64,000 nucleotides of DNA. It comes from Setoptus koraiensis. Lineage: Eukaryota; Animalia; Arthropoda. Where the stretch lies: contig CM106586.1 in assembly GCA_048013815.1 (NCBI GenBank), positions 19,902,001-19,966,000 of the forward strand, in the 5' to 3' direction. Numbering within the stretch: the stretch's first letter is position 1; each line of letters begins with the position of its first letter. The position numbers and the translations under genes were made by a program. The notes beneath the pieces were generated by a model. It searched no databases, was not told where the DNA came from, and saw nothing but the letters and a program-made list of their open reading frames with translations. Shown here piece after piece: positions 1 to 9,490 of the stretch.

Positions 1-632
1 CCAGCTCGAATTGATGCACGCCGACATGCACGCCGACATGCACGCAGAGAGGCGCTAATCACGGCGGCCCGCTCATTGCAAAATTGTGCCACAGCTCGGC
101 TACAGCGGCCGCGGACTATAGCGCCGTTCGCGACTGCGGCGACTATAGCGACTGCGGCGACTATAGCGACCATGGCGACTGCGGCGGCTGTGCCACGGCG
201 ACGTTCGCCACTTTTTTCGTTGACATTGTCGCCGTTTGCCAGCACGCCGACACAATGGCGACCGGCGACATGCGTTACATAATCCAGTGCGCTACTGTCA
301 CCACCACTATTCAATTCGATTCATTCCAGCGAGTCGCATATCATTCACATATTTGGCCCTCATTCATGCCATCGTCGTCTGCTGTTGCTGCCGTTGTTGG
401 CGCTGTTGTTGTTGCCGCTGTTGCCGTTGTTGCCGCTGTTGCCGCCGCTGTTGTTGTTGCTGCTGTTGTTGCTGTTGTTGGCGCTGTTGTTGTCGCGATC
501 ATCATGCACAATTTAACAGTTAATTTATGCGCAGGCTCTCGCAGCGACGAGTCTATTAGTTGACTCGTTTAAACCGCTCCTCTGATTGTCCCTCTGTCGC
601 TGTTGCCAGTGTCGCTGTTGTCGGCATGTCTC

Positions 633-648
633 CAACAACAACAACACC

Positions 649-710
<62 letters not shown>

Positions 711-711
711 C
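633..711. repeat. (CAA)n microsatellite, representative of many CAA/CAG/CA tracts in the window
   Basis: Near-perfect CAA run read directly. It explains the poly-T, poly-L and poly-V ORFs in the ORF track here. Confidence 0.95.
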
Positions 712-1048
712 TGCACCGCCACTAGCAACAGTCGCAAATAATGAGCGCTAGACACACCTCTCGCGCAATATCCAAACTAGGCTCTGCTCACTTCCGCTCG
801 CCGCTATAAACACCTTGCGCCGCTTGCGCGGCGCGCTTACGTAACATGACCGTTTATTTGACTGCAGATGCCGTTGAGCGCATGCGCCGCTCACAATATC
901 ATCATTTTGTCAGCTACCAACTATTGATGTGACCAATGTCGTTTTCAAAATCGTTGTTAGTAACTGTTGCGACCAATCCAACTGTCGCAACAGCAGCGCC
1001 CGTTCGGCCGCAATCGTGCCAGCGGGCCGCGAAAACTGATCGCAGCGA

Positions 1049-1478
1049 TCAGTTGATTTCCGGCACCCACAGGCGACTCGTGACCAGTCCGATGCTGTCG
1101 TGCGGGTGCGGGTGCTGTTGCGCTGACGCGCACGAGCGCGACCACGACAACGAGTGTATTATCTCCAACGTGGCGCCCTCAAGCTCGCCAGTCTGGCTGG
1201 TCGCGTATCCCACCACAGTGACCATTTTTGTGCTTGCGGCGCCTTGCCAACTGCAGTCCATTGCGACTGGCACATTGGGGCGATTCTGATTGGCCGCTGG
1301 CTGCTTTTTTCCCGTGCAATGGCCCGACGACCATTTGTCGGCGCCCCATTGCTGCTTGTGGCCCGTGTTGGTCGCGCGATATTGGCTGGCCAGGTGGCGC
1401 TTGCTGCTGAATGGCGCGCTGCCCGTCAGTGAGCCCGTCAAATCTAGCTGTCCTGGCTGCTGCTTCCGGTTCTGGCTA

Positions 1479-1510
<32 letters not shown>

Positions 1511-2605
1511 AGTTGTTGCGCTGCCCGCTGGCTGCTTGCTGGCGCCCTGCTGCTGGTGCTCCGGGCAACCGCAGCTGACCGGCTGGCTCAATTGTTGCGA
1601 CAGTGTCTGTATGTAATCGATGGCGCAGCGCAACGTGTCCACTTTCGATAGCTTGCGCTCGTGCGGCAGCACGGGAATCCGGTAGCGGAGCGTCTGCGGT
1701 GCACATCATTTCCGGTCGCACAAGATACGCGATAATTGACATGATTTGTTAAGTTGATATGATAAGTTAATATTGTTGATTATATTATTAATTGTTAATG
1801 TTGTATGATTTGCATAATAATTACATAATTACTATGCATGAACTGCTAGCGACGCTGCCGGCGATTACATAATCATATTGTTATACTGACCTCGAAGCCG
1901 CGATTTATGGATTGCATGCGGCGCCGTTCGCGCAAATTTGCCAATTTCCTGTGATAGACCTTTATGCTGTGTATGGAGTCGCAGCTAGCGGCGTATTGTC
2001 GGCAGTCGCACTCGCTCACCGGCATGCAACCAGTGATTTTATGCGCGCTTGTGCCGTCGTTTGGGCCCATGCCTAAAATTTCGTTTGGCTGGCGCTGCAA
2101 GTGGCAAGCTCGCGCGTATTGCTGCAGGGGATAATTGGAGTGGCTCAATTGCGCTTGTTGCAACCATTGGCAATTGTCGCCGTTGTCATTCTGGCCACTA
2201 AACGCGCTCGATGCTGCGCTGTCGGTGGTCGCTTGCCGGCCAAATTGTTGTGAGCTGTTGTCGTCGGTTCATAATTGGATTATATCAATGTTAGATTTTC
2301 AATGTTTGAGCGAGAATTTTTCGTGTCGAGAATTTTAAAATTTCGTGCTAGAATCTGATTGATCTGTTTGCCCATTGGGCCATTCACTTGGGGCACTTGC
2401 TCAGCTTGCCTGGCGGCTTGTGCGCCAAATCAAGACGTGCGAATCAACAGTGATAGCGAGACAATTACCTGGACGGCTCGCAATTGGCCATTCGTTCAGT
2501 GCGCGTGCTTGTTTCAATTGGATTTGCTGCAAATGGCAAGCGGTCAGCTTGCCAGCGGCCAGGGGACCATTTTCCGGTTGCGTGATGATAGTGACTGTGA
2601 TCCAT
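1049..2605 (-). CDS. Ptf1a: PTF1A / 48-related-1 (Fer1) bHLH transcription factor
   Basis: Basic/helix 1 HRKLANLRERRRMQSINRGFE (exon ending 1891, donor GTCAGT) joins in phase 0 to TLRYRIPVLPHERKLSKVDTLRCAIDYI (exon 1693-1049, acceptor CAG); intron 1694-1890. The C-terminus has HSLSW and LWVPE, matching the two PTF1A tryptophan motifs. The 5' exon (ATG 2605 to 2469, phase-2 join to 2254) is tentative. Confidence 0.9.
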
Positions 2606-2997
2606 GAGTGTGAGTATCGCGTAGTTGGTGTCACTGTACTTACTACTTCCGTTTATGGATATCGCTTGTACGATTGCGCTGATCGCTTTACTATCTATAT
2701 TGGCCGATCGTTATAATTGATAGGCGGAATGTTGTCGGAATGTTGTCTAAGTGGCGTAGAAATTTTGTCCAAATTGCGTCAAAATGTTGCCGAAATTATA
2801 TCGAAGTGTCGCCGAAATTATGTCGAAATGTTGGCCCGAAGGCAGCATCATCGGTTAATCCTGTGCCATCTCGCTGGCTCCTCGTCGCGCATAAACGATT
2901 GTCTGGGCCGATAATTGTGTCGCTACACAGTATGCACACACTCGTACTTGATCGCCCTCACTTGATGACCACCATCGCGTCCCGTCGCCACTCCGAT

Positions 2998-3109
2998 CCG
3001 CACCGACCAATGCGCACCGGCCAATCCGCACCGGCCAATCCGCACCGGCCAATCCGCACCGGCCAATCCGCACCGGCCAATCCGCACCGGCCAATCCGCA
3101 CTGACCAAT
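2998..3109 (+). repeat. 14-bp tandem repeat x8 (CCGCACCGGCCAAT), each unit containing CCAAT
   Basis: Units counted directly from the sequence. Confidence 0.95.
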
Positions 3110-3869
3110 CCAAACGACGCAACGCAATTGGACGCAAGAGCAACTTGAAATAAAGTGACCATCGGCCGAACGCAAAGTGCACTCGCTCTGGCCGCGACAA
3201 ACATCACGTCGCGTTACGTAACGCGACAGAGTCGCAACACACATTGTTACGCAACACACATTGTTACGCAACACACATTGTTACGCAACGTGACCAAAGT
3301 GGCCAAAGTGACACCTTTCACCGGTACTTGTTTACCGTTATGTTATAGGTTATAGGTTGTATGTGTGTTTGTGAGGCGCCAATTGTGCGATTGTGAAATT
3401 GTGGCCAGGTACGAGTGGACCGAGCTCTCAAGTTGAGTGCTTGAGCAAACGCATTGTGTGATACGTGGCGCTGTTTGCAACAAACTAATTGCAAACAATT
3501 GCAACTTGCTGCAATGACAATGTTAAGTGGTGCTGTAACAACTGTATGAAAATATTGAACTGACGCAATGTCGTCGTTTGCCCGCTCCTCAGCTGTCATC
3601 TGTCATCTGTCAAACACACTGACACACACACACACACACACACACATGACAGCCAATCAAGCGTCAATCAAGCATCGCACCAGCTGACGGCCAGTAACGG
3701 CTAACGGTAATGCGCTAATTGAGGGGCTCGTTGTGGACTGTCCACTGTCCACTATCGGCTGATAGCCGATATAACCAATTGACAGTTACAACGGGGTCCT
3801 CGTGCCCACAGAGTAAGCGTTCTCATAACTGTCAATTTAACCTATCCTGTTACGTAACGTGGCGGTTAC

Positions 3870-3966
3870 ATGGCGAGCCCACTGGCGCCTCTGTCCGAGC
3901 GCTCCAGTGCTGACATCTGGTACGAAGGGCGCCAGTTGACGGTTAATACGGCACCGCGTATAATAG
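3870..3966 (+). CDS. Candidate first coding exon or uORF (MASPLAPLSERSSADIWYEGRQLTVNTAPRII), product unknown
   Basis: ATG in ACATGG context, 32 open codons, then AG|GTGAGT donor. The downstream partner exon is not established. Confidence 0.3.
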
Positions 3967-5039
3967 GTGAGTGAGTAAATGTGTGTCGGTGGCCACAGAT
4001 ACGGGCCGCTCAGTGATCCGGTGCGCGGTCCCGTCCGACGGGAGTGTCCAAACTGTTCGGAAGATGCCTAACTTCGGCTGACTACGGTCGGTCAGCTGAC
4101 GCGGTCGGAATAGCGCCCATTGCGCCATTGGGCATCGTTGCTGTTGCTGTTGCTGTTGTTGTCGTTGGCTGACAACGACAACAACAACGAGATTGTGAGG
4201 TGTTGTTGCCAGTAACTTGTTGGTAGAGTCGCTGTTGAGCGATTGTTGTTGTTTGGGGATTTTGAGATTTTATCTCTCAAGTGTCGGCAATCGCATCGAC
4301 ACATCATATCGATATCGGTGCACCACATCGACATCGACATCGGTGACATTGGTGCGGTGCGGTTGAATTTGCGCGCGGGTCTAGGCACAGATATTCAAGA
4401 TCGGCAAACGTCAGTTTGATGGCGCGATCGCGAGCCAAAGCGATACAAAGATTCACAAGCGATACAGCGATCAGGAGATACAGCGATTGGGAGATTCAGC
4501 GATTAGGAGATTCAGCGATACGGCGATTGGGAGATAAACAACAAACAGCTGTTGTGTTGTTTATCTGCGCAAATACGCACTCGACAACAAAACCAACCAA
4601 GATCACTCATTAACGACAGAGATAACCAATTAACCAGATAACCAATTAGCGAGATAACTCATTGTATTACGACTAATTGATTACGATTAATTATATCAAA
4701 CTAATATTTAGCCAATTATCGCGGGCTGCATCTCGCGACAATCGCACCAGCATCGATAGTCGCCAGCCAATCTTTGCCCATTCGTGCAATCGCCGATTCT
4801 CGGTTTCGCAACAATTCGCCGCATTTCGCCTAACTGGATTTTATTATTTTACTGCCAATCGCATTGTTGCCAATCGGCGCCAACTATTGCCAATCAGTGC
4901 CGATTATCGCCAATTATCGCCGATTATTATTATTATATTATTATTACCGATTATCGCCCAGCAGCACCGATCGTTGCCATTACATTGTATTCATTTAGCC
5001 AATTAGCGGTCAGCGACAAATTTCAGACACGAGCCACAG

Positions 5040-6422
5040 ATGGAGCGAGCAGTCGTATCGTTGGCGCTGGCCATCGGATTGGCCGGCCATTTGGTCAGTT
5101 GCGCCAGTGGCGCCAGCGTCCATCCCACATCCGGTGTCACAGAGGACGCCTCACAGAGGACGCCCGTGGTTTTCTGGCACGGAATGGGCGACACCGCGCA
5201 CGGCAGCATCGAAGTGGACAAAATTGTTTTAGAGAGGAAATTTCCCAATTTGCACGTCATGTCCATCGAGATTGGCGGAAATAACGTCAAGGACGCGCTA
5301 AGCGGCTATCTCATAAATGTCAACGATCAAATTGAGGACGCCTGCCGGCAAGTACTAAACGACTCGCTCATCCGACAGCACGGCTCATTTAACGCCATCG
5401 GATTCAGTCAGGGCGGCCAGTTTTTGCGGGGCCTCATTCAGAGATGCCCGTTGCAGGCGCACGGCATACGGGCGAAAAATTTCATATCGCTTGGTGGTCA
5501 GCATCAGGGCGTTTACGGTTTGCCCCGGTGCCCCGGAAGCAGCGGCATTTGCGACTATGTGCGCCATCTGTTGAAATATGCCGCCTACGAGGAGGCCATT
5601 CAAGAGCACGTTGTTCAAGCGGAATATTGGCACGACCCAAATCAGCGCCAAGAGTACGTGGCAAAGAGCATCTTTTTGGCCGACATAAACAATGAGCGCC
5701 ACATCAACGCCACCTACAGGCGAAATCTGCTCCAATTGGACAACATGGTGCTGGTTAAGTTTGAGCAGGACGACATGGTGGTGCCCCGCGAGTCGTCGGT
5801 AAGTTGAGCATTCGATCAATGCGTCATTTCGACGACATGATACACTATGATATTTGACAATATGTGACAATCATATTGTGCCGGGCCGCCAAATATTGTA
5901 ACAGCCGGCGGGGCGCCGTCGATGCGAGCGCTAGATCGGCGATAATCAAGCGAGCGATAACGCCAATTACGTATGCGGCCGGCAAAACTTTCCACTGGCG
6001 CCCGCGCTGATAACCGCCGACAGCTGATTGGCTCGATCGATACGATTGGCTCGATCGATATGATTGGCTCGATCGATATGATTAGCTCGATCAACTTCAT
6101 TAACCAGATTAACTAATTAGACTAACTTGATTGTTTTGATCAACTCGATTCAAACGTAACTCGTTAATCGCAATCAATGAATGGCAACCATCAATTATCG
6201 GCCCGATTATCTGTTTGGCAGCACTTTGGTTACTACAAGCCGGGCCAAAAGGACCAAATCGTGCCCATGGAGGCAAGCGAGCTGTACACACAAGATAAGA
6301 TCGGCTTAAAGGCTCTCATGGAATCCAACAGGCTCCACTTGATATCGGTTCCCGGCCAACATTTGCAGTACAAAATGAGATGGTTCATCGACAACATCGC
6401 CATGAAGTATTTGAACAATTAG
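5040..6422 (+). CDS. PPT1: Palmitoyl-protein thioesterase 1
   Basis: Signal peptide, PVVFWHGMGD, nucleophile motif GFSQGG, QAEYWHDP. Exons 5040-5798 and 6222-6422 join in phase 0 (GTAAGT...CAG); about 319 aa. Confidence 0.95.
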
Positions 6423-6892
6423 ACACACTTTTGTTGGCTCGCACTGTCGCACGCAAAACTCAAGTATCTAAGCGATATCATTTTTTCATATTTTTATCCG
6501 TCACTCATTATCCGCCACTCGATAATGATTATCTCGCGCTTGTTATCATCAAGTGGCGCCACTTGAACCACTGACAAGTGCGTCAGATATCTCGCATCGC
6601 TGGAATATTGCGCCTTGCCGGCGCGCCATTCCAGCCTCCACAAGCCGATACGAGTTATTCAAGACCAATCGTCGGCGAAATGTGACAATTTAAATATCGA
6701 CAATAAAGATCAATCAAACAAAAGTGGGCCAGCCGTCGAGCCGCAACCGCCTGTGTCACTTTTGGGCCGGCCGCTTTTTCCCGGAATGCGCCGCATTTTG
6801 CCTGCTGAGTCGACCGAACACTGTTGGCCGACTTCGGGCGACTTGGCCCATTTCGGGCGTCTGTTAGCCCATTTCGGGCCACTTTTGCCCTT

Positions 6893-7022
6893 TTTCGGGC
6901 GGTATTCGGGCGATATTCGGACGATTTTCGGGCGATTTTCGGGCGATTTTCGGGCGATTTTCGGGCGATTTTCGGGCGATTTTCGGGCGATTTTCGGACG
7001 ATTTTCGGACGATTTTCGGACG
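6893..7022 (+). repeat. 11-bp tandem repeat (TTTTCGGGCGA) x about 12
   Basis: Read directly; no spacers between units. Confidence 0.95.
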
Positions 7023-7443
7023 AGTTGAGCGTTTAAGACGCAAACAATTCGCGAATGAGTAAGTGGGGACGATGGCAGCTTCAATTGAGGTGTTTGTTTA
7101 TTGATTAGATTATTATTTAATGCAGTCGCTTATATTACATTGTATATTGTAGCATGAATGAACCATTGGACATCGTCAGTGCGTGTGAGATCATCTTGGC
7201 TGGCGCCAACTAACTCGTACCCGTCCATCCTCACTGGCCGGCCGATTGAGCAGGCACTAATTAATCAACTAATTAATCAACTAATTAATTAACTGGTTAA
7301 TCAACTAATTAATTAACTGATTAATTGAGCAATTAATTAGCCGGGTCAACCAATCAGCCGGGCCAACTTTCGCAATCGGCAAGCTGAGCTTAATTGGAGC
7401 TTTAATTGATTTGAAAATATTGATTCTACTAATTGCTAATTAA

Positions 7444-8510
7444 CTAGATCCTGTACATGAGCGATGTAACCTGGCTGGCGTGTTGTGAGTTGAGCTGGGC
7501 GCTTCTCTGTTTTCTCCTCTTGTTTACCAGTCCGTCCATCAGCGAGTCCATTTGTGCGGCTTGGGGCGCTGGTGTTGTGCTGGTTGTCGATGTCATTTTG
7601 TTGTAGTGTCTCTCTGCCAACTCTAGCAGCCTGTCAGTGTCTGTGCCATCGTCGATGTCATTTGATTTGTTGTTGTTGCTGTTGTCGGTGGTGGTGGTGG
7701 TTGCGTCACTGTCGGCTATGCTGTTGTTGTCGTTGTCGGTGTCGTCGTCGTCGCCCTCTTGGCCGCTCATTTCAGTCAGATCTGGCACCAACAAAGTGCC
7801 ACTGGCCTGCTCTTGGCTCTCTGTTGTGCCGGAAGTTGTTGCTGTCGTGCCCACTTGTTGTTGTGAAGGAAGCTGCGTTTGGTGCAATGCACTTTGCACC
7901 AGATCCATTTCGGCGGTGTTGTTGTTGTTGTTGTCGGTGTTGCTGTTGGTGTCGGTGTTTGTCGACTGGAGAGTGTCGTCGATGGTGTCAAACGTGAGCA
8001 ATTCCGTTTGAATGGTGTCAGTTTGGGTGCCGTTGATATTGTTTGTGGCGATGACAATCATGGGCAGCGACGACTGGTTGCCGCTGCTCAGCTTGAGCCC
8101 AATAGACTCCAATTCCGTCTGATTGACCGTCTTGTTGTTCGTGAAGCGAATCTTGTCGTAGTAGCTCCATTCCTGCGATAACAATGGTGACAATTAATTT
8201 TTGAATAAGTTAGTTAATTGATCGATTAGTTAATTGATCGATTAGTTGATTGATCGAGTCAATTGATCGAGTCGATCGGTCGACTCGATCGATCGAGTTC
8301 ACGCGTGAATGTCATACTTACATCACCGCACTTCCGGCAGATGCACTGGATCCAGGCGAAGTGGCCGCAGTAGCCGAGGCCGCAGCTCTGCTGGTTGCAG
8401 TATTGCTGACAGGAGCCGTTGTCGAAGGGGCAGCCCTGGTCGGCTAGCATGAGGCCCAATTGGCTGATTACTACGGCGACAAACAATGCGATAACGGTAA
8501 ATTTAGACAT
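7444..8510 (-). CDS. Secreted CS-alpha-beta defensin domain (8 Cys) with a long acidic low-complexity C-terminal extension
   Basis: Exon 1 8510-8322 (63 aa): signal peptide plus GCPFDNGSCQQYCNQQSCGLGYCGHFAWIQCICRKCGD, ending at a GTAAGT donor. Intron 8173-8321 (149 nt). Exon 2 8172-7444 starts after TATCGCAG in phase 0 (EWSYYDK...); about 305 aa total. Confidence 0.85.
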
Positions 8511-8757
8511 GGTGCGTTGTCAGTTGATTAGACTATTTATTCCAATGGTGTGTTCGTCTGACCGGATGTCGCTATTAATTATCTAATTATTGTTGGTATT
8601 ATTGTTGGTGTTATTAGTGGTGTTATCAGTGGTGTTATTAGTGGTGTTAGTAGTGCAAATTGGTGTGTGAGACGCGGTTGAGCTAGCTGTTGTTGTTGTT
8701 GTTGTTGTTGGGACTTGTGTCTAGTTGTTGTGTGTCGATTTAGACACGCGAGTGGCG

Positions 8758-8765
8758 TATTTATA
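8758..8765 (-). promoter_or_regulatory. Candidate TATA box (TATAAATA) of the defensin gene
   Basis: Consensus match on the minus strand about 250 nt upstream of the ATG; the TSS is unknown. Confidence 0.4.
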
Positions 8766-9008
8766 CCTATGGCTGTTGCGATCTGTCGTCGCATGTCATG
8801 TCGCTGGTGTTGATCTTGATAAAAAGAACGACACAACGCGACGCGAAGCGATAATTGGAAGCCGTCACGAACTGATAGTCGAACGATGATGCCATTCACA
8901 TGATTCACATTATATCACGTTATTATTGCTGTGCAGCGTTATTGTTGTATCACAATTGTTGTATAGCAGCCCGAACTAACTTGTGCTGGCTGACACAGAC
9001 AAACATAG

Positions 9009-9490
9009 AGATAAACACAAGATAAGCAGTCGCTATGTCTCACATTTATAACGTCTTGTCTGTTATCTCTGCACATATGTGATATGTGCAGAGATATATC
9101 CATACATGCGAGATACGTTTTATCCATTCTTAGATCTGGTCTTATCCATTTCAGATAGGGCCATTGTAATAGTAGAAATAATTCAGATATCATACGTGTG
9201 CGCACTTAATCGCTATCTTATGTATAATATTGAGATAAGGCCCCCGCCCCCGCACAACACAAACACAGCAAAAACACAGCAAAAACACAACACAAATTAG
9301 CAGCAATTAAAGCAATCGAAAGATTGACTTAGATAGGACAAAATAAACAGCTAGCAACTAGTTTTGTTGGCCCGAAGCCTGTTGCATTATAAAGCATTTT
9401 ATCGCGTTGTATGGTCGCCGCCATTGGCTGACAAGACATCACGGAGCCATTTTTTATCTCTCGGCTCATCGTCTTATCTCGTGTAGATAG
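9009..9490. promoter_or_regulatory. Cluster of about 10 GATA (WGATAR) sites upstream of the defensin gene
   Basis: Sites at about 9009, 9020, 9063, 9153, 9213, 9233, 9331, 9454, 9474 and 9485 on both strands. Confidence 0.55.

Noticed and set aside
76-755. Overlapping ORFs with poly-V, poly-L, poly-T or poly-C
   Set aside because: These are translations of CAA/GTT microsatellites, mostly with non-ATG starts and no family motif. The same applies to the many similar short ORFs across 18-29 kb and 49-57 kb.
3990-4075. RECPNC zinc-ribbon resemblance to RPA12
   Set aside because: It needs a 28-nt intron and lacks the QxRSADEG and second CxxC motifs.
7186-7205. bantam-like seed TGAGATCAT
   Set aside because: The rest of the mature sequence differs and no complementary 5' arm forms a hairpin.
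8130-8172. EWSYYDKIRFTNN read as the end of a MADF or T-box domain
   Set aside because: No upstream exon with the rest of either domain was found. The phase-0 join to the defensin exon 149 nt away explains it better.
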